From the NCBI RefSeq assembly GCF_964204645.1, contig NC_134027.1:26312560-26376559 (forward strand): DNA of 64,000 bases, in the 5' to 3' direction. Below the pieces are notes generated by a model that did not search any database, was not told the DNA's origin, and saw only the letters and a program-made list of their open reading frames with translations. The position numbers were made by a program, and so were the translations under genes. This stretch comes from Tubulanus polymorphus (Eukaryota > Animalia > Nemertea). Position 1 is the first letter of the stretch. Each line of letters starts with the position of its first letter. Below are positions 38,600 through 52,372 of this stretch, one piece after another.

Positions 38600-39290
38600 G
38601 TGTGATCGTCCCTACGCAGCCAATGTACCGAGGGTGATCGCTCCTACACAGCCAATGTACCGAGGGTGATCGCTCCTACACAGCCAATGTACCGAGGGTG
38701 ATCGCTCCTACACAGCCAATGTACCGAGGGTGATCGCTCCGACACAGCCAATGCACCGAGGGTGATCGTTCCTAAGCAGCAAATGTACCGAGGGTGATCG
38801 CTCCTACACAGCCAATGTACCGAGGGTGATCGCTCCTACACAGCCAATGTACCGAGGGTGATCGCTCCTACACAGCCAATGTACCGAGGGTGATCGCTCC
38901 TACACAGCCAATGTACCGAGGGTGATCGCTCCTACACAGCCAATGTACCGAGGGTGATCGCTCCTACACAGCCAATGTACCGAGGGTGATCGCTCCTACA
39001 CAGCCAATGTACCGAGGGTGATCGCTCCTACACAGCCAATGTACCGAGGGTGATCGCTCCTACACAGCCAATGTACCGAGGGTGATCGCTCCTACACAGC
39101 CAATGTACCGAGGGTGATCGCTCCGACACAGCCAATGCACCGAGGGTGATCGTTCCTAAGCAGCAAATGTACCGAGGGTGATCGCTCCTACACAGCCAAT
39201 GTACCGAGGGTGATCGCTCCTACACAGCCAATGTACCGAGGGTGATCGCTCCTACACAGCCAATGTACCGAGGGTGATCGCTCAGCCAAC
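38600..39290. repeat. 32-bp tandem array (~21 units)
   Basis: Unit gagggtgatcgctcctacacagccaatgtacc. A two-unit variant block recurs 384 bp apart (38741, 39125). Confidence 0.97.
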
Positions 39291-42200
39291 GCATCGATGG
39301 TGATTTCCATGGGAAAAAGTATCGCTATAAAAAGCTTCTTATCCGAAAGGAAGAAACGAAAAAAAGATTAAGTCTTTAATCTAAATAAGCTTGATCCCGG
39401 TGGAGAATGCGGCAGCGGCTGCTGCTCTTCAAAAGTGCTTCAATAGACTTCATGATGAAAGAATATGACGGTATCGCCAACATATTTAACGACAGGATAC
39501 GTTGATAGTTCCAAGGCCGTGTGGAGATCAGATGCGCAGGAAACACGCTAATAAACGGTGACAGTGATTTCTGCATCGAAATTCTTGATCATCGTCGTCG
39601 TCGTCGTCGTCATATCTATAGCAACTTGACAAGATGAATACTCGCCTGATTTCATATGGGAAACTAGGCAAAAACTACGCTTTCATGTATCTGACGACAA
39701 GGCGTAGAGCGTCGATACTCTTAGGGCGAATTTAACCTGATAAACATTCCAGTGAGAACGATCTTAGAAGACTTTTTAAATATATGAACAGTAAAATAAG
39801 AATTGATAAATCTAGTCAAATCAGTTTTTGAGCTTTGTACAGGAATTTGAAACTATGTACTTTAGCTCAAAAACTTGAATTCACTGTATCCGTCGACATC
39901 GAGTTTCATTAAGACTGTAAAGTGTTCAAAATTCTATAAATAAAAGTTTGAATAGTTCAAGTCTGTCGAATAAGCCGCGTATATGATATATCGAGGAATT
40001 TTCAGACAGACACCGCGTATATAACTCACATATCATAATCTCATCAACCCACGCCTGCGTCCACAACGTGCAAACATCAGTATACTCGACCATCAATTCC
40101 GCCAGACACACAAAAAAAAACAAAACCAAATCACTGATCCTTAGGAACTAAATCCCGCAGTCATTTCACGAAAAAGCTTATCAAAAATAGGTCGCTACTG
40201 GCCCTTATAACCAGTCTAAAAGTTACGCGAAATGAATGAATTAAGACATGAACACTTTATACTTTTCTCTTACTTTAGACTGAGATACATGAGTTTATAT
40301 ATGTAGCGAGGAAATCAGTTAAACCTTCACAACTTGCCGGTCAGTGTCTCTAATTCAAAGTTGACCTCAGTTAACTGGTGGATAAATACCAATTGTCACT
40401 ATGTCAACTACTGTCGACCCATTGCTCTTAGCGCTACGATAGACAAGTCGTACACGAAACACCCTTGAAAAGGATGAACCGTTTTGGTATCGCGACGCGC
40501 GGGTATCTCATTAAACTGATTTAGTCGGTTTATAAGAATATGAACTCGACGTCGAACGCGGATCTCGCAGGAGAAAATATCCGCTGTCACAATTTCGTCA
40601 AGATTCTTATCATCTTGTCAGATAAAGTGAATAGGGACAAGTTCTAGTGTAATCTGGGTTAAATCTTACTAACAAATTACGGAGCACGACTGACTCACAG
40701 TAAGCCTACAGTTTAATCAATGCATTAGTTTCTCTAATTGATAAAAAAATGCTCAAGTTGAGATTTTGTGCCTTTTTCTGTTTTATTTTTATCCCCATGT
40801 GACGACAATGGAATTCCGTTGGTGAATATCTCGCACGGTCAAAAGCTATAAATCAGCCCGATTGGTATTTCGGTATTTCGCTGATTGGAATTCCGGTAAC
40901 ATTGAATTTTGCCGTTACGTGTGGATGATACCCGCGTTATCAAAATAAAACAGTAATTAAGCATTTTATGATCGCTTCAGTTTCGGAGGTCGAATATGTC
41001 AAACCAAACCGAATCGTTGCGGTACAAATGTTCGCTTCTATTTGGTTCGTTTAGTTGAAATCCAAAACTAAATCGCTATCATACAAATTTAGGTTTTAAA
41101 CTCAGCTTCTGACTCCAGTTACAGGAAAAAGTTAACAAAAGTTTCTGGTTTGATTGCCCTATTGACCTATATTGCTCTCTATTGATGTTTAAAACTAAAC
41201 AGTTTTAAGCTTTAGCGCTTTCATGAAAGTGGACCCTAGGCCCAGTTTTAAAGATCGGTATTAACTTCTAATACGGGGGCTAAATCTGATAACCCTGGAG
41301 CTAAGTAAGGCAACAGGGAACACGTTAACCCCTAGGCTTCCTGGTCTGCCTTTGTAGCCAGTCTATAAAGCCAAGCTCTGCCCGAAATACGCACACCGCT
41401 TAACTTAGGAAACGCTAAAAATCTAGTGATAAACGCATAGTTACCTTCGAGGTATCGTCATGAACAGCTCTCCGTCGCCAATTATAGATACAAGCACACA
41501 TAGAGATGATTCTTCTCGGACCCCGAGGAATCCCGGTCCAGATAGTAGGAGATGTTTGAGAGATTTTGAAATATTTCTGTTACCGAGAACGGTTTGGATG
41601 ACAGCTATGATTCAGCGGTAATCTAAGGGACAGTATAGTGTCTCTAAAAGCTTTAGAGAATCGATGACATACGGATGGGACTCTCCGTTAAAATACCATG
41701 ACTAATGCTCAGTTCAGGAATTTGATTGACTTGTTGGAGAGATTTGATTGACATACAGCGAACAGCAACTAGTTGAACCCACGGCGAAAAAAAAACATCA
41801 TGACTTATCTCAATTCCAAAAACGCCTATAAGACTTCTAAAATAGGTTTGAAATTCGTCCTTCGTGAACGCAAAATTCTGAAAAAACGCCTCATAAAATC
41901 GTACTTTTACCAAGGCGTACTAGAACTTGAACTTGAAACTGTTTCATAAAAATATAGATTGATTGAAATATTGGCTGTTGAAGTGAGTCCGAGAAGTGAC
42001 GAAATTGAAGTATTGAAAATCAATATCGAATTTCATTTTGTTTATTTATGTGACACTTTTCTATCATCAGCGATCTTCGATGTTACTGTTTCGACGACGT
42101 CACTATCGGCCGCGTAATCTTACGCACAGTTCGCTGTTAATTGACAAAGAAAACAGCTCTCGGGAACGTTCTCGTCTGAATCTATCAGATCTTGTGTGTG

Positions 42201-42367
42201 GCCCAGATTTAATTACTTTCTATTGATTTTCGGTGGCGAAATTTTCACCCGAAATAATTTGCAACTTTCGTTCTGATAATCAGCACAGCGCGAAACGATT
42301 AAAGCAACGCAGTTTAACAGTGATGCATTCTCTCCCCTCGACCCACCGAGGAGCGCTACATTAGATA

Positions 42368-42500
42368 TTTTTTACTCAAGAATTAAAAACAAACGATACT
42401 CGGTTTTCGGACTCTTTCTCTCTAGATACCATCGTCAGGTATTGTGGATGGACTCCTGGTAATTTCTCTGGTCAGAAACTTTAATTTTTCAAGTAATAAA
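42368..42500 (-). mobile_element. Hammerhead-core-like foldback relic
   Basis: Minus strand reads cCTGACGA tgg...gagtcc GAAA accg. The outer ends are weakly inverted. Confidence 0.4.
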
Positions 42501-42549
42501 TTTCGTTTCAATTCTTTTAAATTTGTAGGTTAGAAACACAGAGAATTAT

Positions 42550-42775
42550 GAGCGGCGGGTTCGATGGTTTTTTTTCGATTAAGGGGGAGACCTGAGAAAA
42601 CCCCCCCCCCCACCAGCTCTTTCCACACTGGGACTTGAATCCATGAACCCTGTTTTGACGGTACACACGGCGGGTCCGATGTTTCTTTTTTCCTAATTAA
42701 GAAGGAGAAACCATGCAACTCTTTCCGCCACCAGGAGTCGAGCCCATGAATCCTGGATTGACGAGACAAGCGATC
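42550..42775 (-). mobile_element. Two tandem diverged SINE-like units with B-box-like motifs
   Basis: ctctttccacactgggacttgaatccatgaaccctg (~42617) resembles ctctttccgccaccaggagtcgagcccatgaatcctg (~42719). ggcgggtYcgatg is duplicated at ~42555 and ~42669. Confidence 0.4.
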
Positions 42776-43843
42776 GGTGGCTTAAACTCTGCGCCTCTGT
42801 GTAACAGTGATTCATCAGCAAACAACTCAGAAAACGACGAACGATCGTCAAACTGATTATTATAATCACTATCGTTACGGATAGGGATTATCCATAAACT
42901 ACATGTTGCCCGCGCGCGCTCTGATCGTATCGAACCTTCCAACTGAGCGCGAGCGGTTAGAAAAAGTGTTGAGGCTGGTCAATGTTAATTTAGTGACTCA
43001 GTGCATTCTCGGATCGAGTGAGGAACTGATATGAGTAACGAAATGAAGAGAAAAAAGTTTCAACCGCTGGAATTCACTACTTGCATCTTTGAGCGAATTG
43101 ATTATACATTACTGCGGGATCCTTTACTAGAATTTGCGACAAAGTAAACATTATTAAGCCTATAGAATGCCTTCTGTACTGACTGACTGGGCTTAAGCTC
43201 TTTTGCATCTGAACATCAGAGAAATGACAAGTATTGGTTCTCGCTGCAATTACGATCATCAAAGCCACTGCTATAATCACGAGAACCAATATATAGTGAG
43301 CTCTGAGAAGCGTGCGTGCTGCTCTTAATGACCAATTGGGTCTTGCATTCTTTCCCTGTCAAAAACGGAAGATATATTACCCAAGTGTTTATCGAAATTT
43401 CCGACTTAAATCGTCGTTTGCGGATGAAGCCTAAACGAGTGGACAATGCGCGGCCACGATCGTTAACGGTAGCATGCCCTAACAGACCAGTAATTACTGA
43501 GTACTGCGGCTAGAATCACCGATAGTATAATGACCAAATGGTATGCACATGCAAGCATTGTACTCTGCATGACCGTCACGTCGAGGGAAAATCGTCCTTA
43601 ATACAGCCGAACGATGACCCGGGATTCGACGGATCGGTGCGTCTCGGAGCACCCCTAATTTATTGCAACAAACTGTATGTACGGTAGACTCTGGGCGTAC
43701 TCTGTTGGTGCGCTCATCAGACTAACAATACTGACCACATTTTGGAAGTTCATGGGTCTCGACCATGTTTTAGTCATTCATACCTGGCTTTACAAAGCTC
43801 GATACCATCAGTACCTAATGAGGGACCTGGTTGTTGACAAGCG

Positions 43844-43924
43844 GGGATGAAAAGTTACCCCCAAGGACTTGAATACGACGAAGGGAGGGTTTTTTTTTTA
43901 CTTGTCGGGGTAACTCTTCATTCC
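43844..43924. mobile_element. Small foldback (~22-bp arms)
   Basis: ggatgaaaagttacccccaag vs cttgtcggggtaactcttcattcc. Confidence 0.55.
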
Positions 43925-43949
43925 TAATGAATCCTGATAAATCAGCACC

Positions 43950-44015
43950 CAGTATCAAACAGCCTACTGTATCAAACAGTCTACTGTATCAAACAACCTA
44001 CTGTATCAAACAGTA
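43950..44015. repeat. 17-bp minisatellite, ~3.5 copies
   Basis: Repeated ctactgtatcaaacagY. Confidence 0.9.
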
Positions 44016-47000
44016 GACTGAAAATTAATAAGAAAAGTTAATAAAAATAAAATATCCAAGATATTGTGTTCTTAGATGTTACAAGAGGTGAATTTGATCT
44101 TTGATATAATGTAGATATCTTAATCAATGATCGGCGCAGTGGGGGAATCTGAGGAGTTCAGTTAAATCAGTAAATAAAAACTTTTTATGCGTGGGTATAA
44201 TTAATCATTGTTTGAACCACCTGTTCGGTATTTTTATAGACAGATTCGAAACCGCTTTAAAACTTCAGCTGTTGATGATCCATCACGTTTAGAATCCTGA
44301 TCCGATCTAAGACGAGAAACTTTTTTTCATAAGTTTCTCGTCCATAGAGAAATCGGTTTTATTTTCGCGGTATGTTTATTTTCGCTGTATGTATACGTGC
44401 GTGTCGATGCATTGAGCAGTATCTGGTGTCGTGCGATGTTTTTTGCTATTCTATCGGAAAGGATTAATCGCCTGCGTTTTCCTTTTAAAAACAAACGGTT
44501 TGTCGCAATCAATCATACATTATCGACAGCCGTGTTTCCCGACCTATTACAATTGATTTCTAATGAAAACTCGAACACATGTCAAGTTTACGTTCGAATT
44601 TTCTCTTTTCAATAATTTTCTCTTTTCGAAATGCATCGCGGCACGGATAACGGCATTTTCGATCAACTATACACCAGTTGCTTTGAATATGAATTTCAAT
44701 AAAATGTTCTTATTTGTACCATCGATTAAGTTCATATATTTTCTACCCCGTTGCTGTTCTTTTTCACTACATGAAATGCCTCTGATCTTCGGTGCATTGA
44801 ATTCGAATGAATGCATTGAAACGACGTTGTCTAATACTGCGAGTTTATACATAATATAAGTAAAGTTAATGGTTTATAAAACAAAATGTTTCGATGAAGT
44901 TTGAAAAAAAGGATTGGATGACAACGACACAATTATAGGATAGCGTATTTATTAAACCCTTCCGGGTATAATAAATGCCAAGGTTAATATCGGATATGCG
45001 GCAACGTCTTCTAGAAAACGACATCAATACAGCGCGTTAGTATCTGTATAGCGACATAATGCGGATTACACAGCGCGCTAATTACGAGTTTGAACAAGAG
45101 ACTCAAACAATACAAGAACATCCTTGAAGCGTAATATAACATTACATCGTTTCTGCGCCGGCTTCAGAAGTCTCCGTTCTATCGTTATCCGATGTCACGC
45201 CTTTCAGCGCATCGTTTTTGCCGTAGACATTAGACGGGGAACTTCCAGACACCAGATATTGGATCAGAAAACTTCCGACAACAACTTCGCATCTCGTTAC
45301 AAAACACGAGATAAAAAAATTACGAAAAGTTTTAACAATTACGCTGTGTATTTGATGTCATCGGGTGCAGACGAGATAAACGAGGTCTTTGATGACGCAG
45401 TACCCAGAGCCCCTTTCGCGCTGACCAACTTTAAAGCAGCTTTGACATTGCGCATGTCCAGTCACGCGGAAACCTCGGAGTCGCTGCATGTTCAGAAGCA
45501 ACATTTCAAAAGCGTCCAGACAAGCAAACTATAAACGAGTATGATCAGTTCGAAGATCACAGAGCACTGTTACAACGAACATTCAACCAAAACACAGTAA
45601 TCCAACGTACTGTAAGATCATGGGACCTTATAATCAGCTTCCGACTTCAAACAAACTGCTTTATTGTTCAGTTCACATCGTTGAATATATGCTTGAAAGG
45701 ATCGACATTTTCAAGTTCATCCATATTGCAATAACCTGCAGGGTACTTCAGTTGCTTCGCATTGTTTCAGTACCAAACCGTATAAAGGCTTAAGCGACAA
45801 TATACCTTTGTAACTGTGTTATCCCGATAGCTGGATGATGTTTTTAGTGACAGGACTTCGTATTTTTCCAGAGGGCGTACCAACGTAATCCCATCCTTTG
45901 AATCTTGTCATCGCAAAAAAAACCATTATCTTTACTTACATATCAGTTTTATCAAGGAGATTTAGAAAGCTTCTATTCAACGCGTTTCTCAATGTTTTAT
46001 AAACATGTAGAAAAACTTGTTGAAATCAAGCGGAAAGTTGAGACGATACGAACTGAGTAAATGGGTCAGAGAGGATTGCGAAGGTGAATAAAGTGTCATA
46101 TCAACGTATCTGCTAGAATCTGATGAAGAAGCTGGCGCCGCAATACTTGTTAACATTGAAGAGTTACATTTACTGATTGTAAATGGGAAAAGGCCACGCG
46201 CACGGATGGATAGGAGGAGGGGATTTAGTGTAAGCCGATTTGTACCAAACTCTTCCATAATTGGGATATGGAAAGAAGCCACCTGTACACGGGGAAACCT
46301 TGATACAATCTGTCATTTGAGAGCTGGTAAACCACCTGCAGAATCTACGTATTAATGTTGCATGACAAGAGCGAGGGAAACAGCTCACGACGAGTAATCG
46401 TCTAAAATCGTCAGGTCATCTCATGTCGATCGTCTAACTGCACATGTAAATTCACGGTCTGTTTGATTTGATATGATGCCACGCGCGGAAAATATTACCG
46501 ACCGATCCGATCATCACAGGTTTGAAGATTCGAGTTCAAAACAAACCCTCGACAAGATGTAGTTGCACGGTTTTATGATCACTGATTTGAATAATTCAAT
46601 CTATACTTGGAACTGAATCTAAGCTAAATTTCTCGGATAAGGCAATGGGAATGTTTCAAGAAATGAATCCGAAACGATGCACTTTCTTGTGTTGGGCAAT
46701 CTCTGAACCAACGCTAGAACTATATACTATAGAATAGAACTCAAGAGATAGAATACTATCTTCTGATCAGAGTTTACGTAAGGCATTCCCGCGCCACGAC
46801 GTGAGCAGTTCTCGAACGGTTGTTAAGCGATTTTTTTATCTTCACCTGAGAATAGCGAATCGTAAGATGGTTTTATAAAGCGTGGCGGTGTTACGGTATG
46901 ACAGGGTGTCATCAATTTACTATAAATCTCCCATCCTCCGTGAGCCGTTATCGGACGGACAGACGTCACGAGCGGGTACAGGTGGTCTCGAGATAAAATA

Positions 47001-48629
47001 CTTAATCCTTTCAGTCTTACATCAAAGATGGATTCCATTTTCACTGAGATCGCCCCATCAGTCAGCGAGCCTCAGTAACGCACTAATGGTCCAGCTAAAA
47101 TGGATACGGTAGTCTTTATAAACGACATCACTCTGTAGCTGTCAGTCGAATTATGTCGGTTTATTTTTTGACGCCATAAAAACCGGTAACAAAAATGTTT
47201 TTATGCATTGATGACTACTAAGCATTATTGGGGCACTATGAGCATTACGTCATCAGTATTGTCGTTGCAAAAAAAAACACTTAGAATTGTGAATATTGGC
47301 GTTTATTTTTATAAATTATCAAATTTTATTTTCGATGTAATAAAGCATTGTTAGCACTATGTAATCAATACTGGACTGGTGACCGGTCAATTCAAATCAA
47401 TGGTCACCATATTCAAATCCAAATTAAATTTATTGACCATTTTTATAATAGTATTCATTGTCAACAGATATATGTTGTCAAAGCGTCAATTATCAACATC
47501 CCGATAAAGTTAGTTTTCTTTGTTTCGATTTTTCGATCAAATGACGACAACATGACTACCACACCATCGCTGAGATACTTCCAATAAGTCGATTCGAAAA
47601 CTCAAATTATCGAACGAATATACGATGAAATTAAGCCACCACACATCAGCGCATTGTGTAGATGAGTTTTTTTTTAGAATATAATCAAGGCGCAATTTAT
47701 CTTTATTACGTCGGTAATAATTCGTGTCAACAGCGTGACTTACACCGAACTGCCATTATTGTAACGTAAGCCGCGCGTATGCTAGAAATACCGACCGACC
47801 CTGACCTTGACTCCTGAATCGTGACAGCGAGAGGAACTTTACTTAAGTATTTGCCTTTTCATTTCATCGTAGATAGAAATATTGTCTGAGACGTGTAAGA
47901 CACTAATACACTCAACGCTGCAGTGTTAGCGTATGTTGGTGAGCTATTAGTTGATTAAGAATGCGCGGCTCGCATTCAGTTATTACCGAGCCACACTATC
48001 CCCACCGTCCCGACGGCATTCTCAACAATCCCCCAAATATCATTTGACAGCTCGTAGGAATCCGATAGCGATGAAAAGATATTGTCTAACTGAGATCCGA
48101 CAATATTAATGAGACGATCGGGGATTCAAGCACGTCAGGTTGGATCTGTAATATAATACGCAGTCGAAAATTTACAAGTCGCGCGCGCCGTAGAAAACTA
48201 TAAACACAGACCTTGTCTGTGTGGCCTGTCAGTCGTATATCTGATAAACCCTCATTGGATTATTATTTGGTAGATCTGATATTTTCATTATGACGACGAT
48301 AAGCGTACTAGCGCGGCTTTAGAGCGGCTTAAATACTGACATTTGTTTCATTCGAGTTGTTTCAGCCGGTCCCCGTTGACTGTCACATCGCCAGTCGTGG
48401 AGATATAGAACGTGTTTCGTGTATCTCCGAAATGAGCTCTGTCGTCGTTTATGTCTGCTGTAGTTTTTGCCGAAATGAACCCGACGGATTTATTTATAAT
48501 CAGTCGCTGCTGATCAATATTTGATTGACTTTTCGTCGTGCACATCGGAAATCCGGACGCTTTCGCAATAACTCGGAAAAGTGTCATAAACTTTTGAAAC
48601 AAATCTGTTTTAGACAGTTGTAAGATCAT

Positions 48630-48998
48630 GGCCCAGTTCCATAGTCGAGTCCAAAAGTGGTGTCAAATCTTAAAACTGGTCTTGAGTTGTTAGATTGATC
48701 ATAGAATTAGATAGATTAATAGATACACTAGTTTGTTTCAAGTTCCTAATTCAACTACAGAATAAGATAGCCGTAGAAGAATCGTTGATTGTTAAATTGT
48801 TGATATAACTATATGGTCTTAAACTGGTCTCAAGTTTTAAGCTCGGCTATAGAATGAGATGGTTTTAGAATGACCCTCTTTAGAAGTTGTTAGATTGGTT
48901 ATAGAACTAAGATGGTCTTAGACTGGTGTTAAGTTGTAAGATTACCTTTATAACCGATATGAACTTAGACTGGTGTCGATAGCTATAGAACCGGTCCC
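48630..48998 (+). mobile_element. 47-bp-unit MITE family copy with ~6 diverged internal units
   Basis: Ends ggcccagttccatagt / gctatagaaccggtcc. The interior includes aagttgttagattggttatagaactaagatggtcttagactgg. Confidence 0.75.
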
Positions 48999-50672
48999 AG
49001 TCTAATGGAATGTACACCACGCCGCTACAGCAGTATTACACCACCGATATACTCTATCCTCGATACGCACCAGCTACCGATGCTCAACTTGATTTGATTT
49101 ATGGCGCAATTTCATGAAATTACAAGGGAATTAATTGTAGTTTTCGTCATTGTGTATATTTGGTGCATACGAAGTGATCTGAATGTCTATAAATCACTGA
49201 ATCAGGCAAACATATTTGCACGTTTTACTGCATTAAGATCGGATGTTTTCGACCGTTACGGCCCAGGGTTGCCATGGTTCGGGGTAATCTATTCCAATTT
49301 GATGAAGTTCGGGTAGCGTGGTTAATGATGTGAGCACTCACATTATTCAAGCCGCTATTTCTAGTCAGTATTTGGTACAGCTATACGTATAATAATTCAC
49401 ATGGTCGTTCCCCATTTTTAATACATTCATTTGGGCGCTCGATAGCCCTTATATAGAACCTTAAAATAATGAATTTTTACAGGATACCAGATATCCTATC
49501 ATAGGATTTAATTCCCCAGTATTGTCCGGCGCCTTTGCTTGTTACAATGTAATATAGCATTGTAAATATGCTATATCGTTCCGTACAAAGACTATGGATT
49601 GTATCGTAACTTCGTATTTATAATTTGTATTTTAAATAAGATAGTATTTCGTTGTATCGTATATATTACCAAGATTATTTTATTCGGTCAACCTCGCCGA
49701 ACCCGGTGGACATAGTCAACCCAAACTTTCGACTAACTACGACAAAAACTAGATTATTTTCTGACTTCCTAACGTACGTTTTCCGATGTTTATCTCAGAC
49801 TTCACTCTCGGACCCCCGTTTCTCCGAGTAAGACTGTAAGAAAGGCGTGTTACAATGCGAGGGAGTGTTGTACTGTGCAAGTATCGCGTATTCAGATCAG
49901 GTTGTACTAACATGCTATACGTTCATTATTTCACCATTCCCGACCATTCCCGACCCCGAGAACGAATCATCCTACAGTATTGTCATTTCCTCTTGCACCA
50001 GAGACATTATCGTTTGTCACAACTACACCCGTCTCCAATTATCTGAGAATTTACGACCCATAAACTCAGTCTTCCCGCTCAGGTGGAGGCCCGCTCCGAC
50101 TATAATGACCTGACTCACTATTCCTGCGCAGTTACGTCTCTGCTGATGGCGATAAAACGAATTGACCCAAACCGCAAGATGGGATTGAAATAGATGGATG
50201 ACAAACTGCCGGTGAACGCTGGGAGAATGATACACCCCGCGTCTGCGCTAGAAAATAGAATCCCGTTATTTGTGGCACCCGCGAGACGGATAATTCATAA
50301 CTTCAATCTCGGTTCGCGCAAACAAGGTACTTCGCGTTCAAATCCCAAACGGTGCATCTTCATAATTGCAATATTCGAATTGTTCGAGTGTAGAATGTGA
50401 TTTATACGGCACGAAAACTCGTTAACTATCTTATAAATGGGGCCTTCAAGAAACGCGTTCTCAGCTCGTCAAAGAGTAGTCTCTTTTCGAGAAGTGAAGA
50501 GATTCTGATATGGGTACCGAACAAGAATATCAGTACAACAGACAGACGGACATGGGTATGGAACAAGAATCCTACAACAGGCAGACGGACATTTCAATAA
50601 CTTAGATAATTTGTGGACAAAAACCAGTCCACAAGGGTTTCCCTATAAAATATTCCTGAAATGTCTATATCA

Positions 50673-50809
50673 GGGGCCGGTTGCATAGTCATGGCTTAGA
50701 ATTCAGACCACTCTAAGACCAACTTAGTTCTATAGCCAGTCGAACGTAAGACCAGTCTTAAGATTTAAGACCACTTTTCTACCTAAGTCATGACTGTGCA
50801 ACTGGCCCC
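50673..50809 (-). mobile_element. PIF/Harbinger-type MITE (137 bp) with TCA TSD
   Basis: TIRs ggggccggttgcatagtcatggcttag / ctaagtcatgactgtgcaactggcccc. TCA lies at 50670-50672 and 50810-50812. The interior is about one reverse-complement 47-bp unit. Confidence 0.85.
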
Positions 50810-51980
50810 TCAGTATATAGTCGAAATTTCGAAAATGAATGTTTAACTATAGGAAACCTTATCGGACTCGTGTTTCTATCTGAGAGTGGGTTTTTCCAAA
50901 CACGATAAGATAGTCCATCGTTACAACATTGCCAAATTTGCCAGAGAAATTCGACCAGAAAATTTTATCTTAAAGTTTTTCAGTGGAACAGATTGATCGT
51001 ATCTCAAATAATATTATGGACGTCAGGTTGTTGAACAGAATGGATCTTTTTGAAGACAACACAATTCGCTGAACGTCTGTCCACCCGATTGATACTATAT
51101 CCGATAGCTCACTTGATATAGAAGATTTAGAATGGGATATTTTAGTCGAAGAAGACTTTTTGCAGTTGGCAAACGTCTGAATTCGATCACGTTCTCTAAG
51201 GCTGAGTTGAAGAGAGTGTGTGACGATTCTTCGAAATCTAACATGTTCTATATACAATAACCGATTCATTGTTACAAAAGTCTTGATGAAAGTTTCTCAG
51301 TGACTCGACGCCTATGGGAGCCTGATTCACGCGTCACCATGCATCATTCTGCGCAACACACCAACAACAACGAGACTCAACGTGAATTTTCGTCTTTCCG
51401 TCTTGTCGACAACGGATGTGAAATGAAACGAAAAGTCTGGCTGGATTTTATTGATATAAATGAGTGTATAAGACTAGCGAGCGCCACCTTAATGATGTGT
51501 GCTGCATCCCAGTGAGGTGATAACGCCGCGCTTACTGTCACTAGCTACGATGATTGATGACAGACGACGCATTCAACCGTCGCACCCCAAAGGTCTTCCT
51601 TGTTTCGCAGTCACAAATAAGAACTGCCTTTCACAAAACACACAAGAGATCCAGCGAAAATGCGCTGAGTTTCCCGCAATTCCTGTCATATACAGCATTC
51701 TCGCGCGGTCTCCCGTCGCACCAGAAAGGTTTCATTTTCGATAACTGGCGACGACCACGAATAGGTCTATACTCAATTCTGAACGGAACGAGTGATAAGA
51801 ATAAGATGATATTTCGGTGAAACGAACTTGACCAGTTTCTTGCCGAAGATTCTATCCCGGTTTTGTTGGTCAGTCGTAAGGAAAGAGAATGATAATTCAC
51901 CGAGTATTATGACCTTTTCTGGAATGAAAATAACGGTAATTCACTCGAATTAGCAAATTGCGTGTCTCGAAACTGATCTC

Positions 51981-52280
51981 TTGTTAATATCCATTGATTC
52001 GACATTGATTTGTTTTTTTAACCGGTTTTTTCCTGAAATGTCTCAGACAGATTTCAGAAAAAAATGGTAAAAAACTGCCGAATGGAGCGTTGAGTGGATT
52101 GCTCCGATCATATGTCAGTCGGTAATTGTTAATATCCATTGATTCGACAATTTTTTTCACCGTTTTTTTCTGAAATATCGTAGACACATTTCAGAAAGAA
52201 GAATGGGAAAAAAACTCCCGAGTGCGTGGAGCGTTGAGTGGATTGCTCCGATCATCGGGATCAGATGTCAGTCAGTAATT
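51981..52280. repeat. ~145-bp tandem duplication, with a partial third copy at ~56073-56108
   Basis: ttgttaatatccattgattcgaca occurs at 51981 and 52127. ggagcgttgagtggattgctccgatca occurs at 52084 and 52228. Confidence 0.85.
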
Positions 52281-52296
52281 TGTCACTCGTTGCGTT

Positions 52297-52298
<2 letters not shown>

Positions 52299-52368
<70 letters not shown>
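52299..52368. repeat. (AG)~35 microsatellite
   Basis: Perfect AG run. Confidence 0.97.

Positions 52369-52372
<4 letters not shown>

Noticed and set aside
38600-39290. CRISPR-like 32-bp repeat length
   Set aside because: The units are contiguous with no unique spacers, there are no cas genes, and the context is eukaryotic. The same applies to the 28-, 47- and 85-bp arrays.
45124-46400. Longer ORFs and a stop-interrupted plus-strand frame (…ESDEEAGAAILVNIEELHLLIVNG…)
   Set aside because: I recognise no domain. It could be a decayed TE or gene fragment, but a BLASTx search would be needed.
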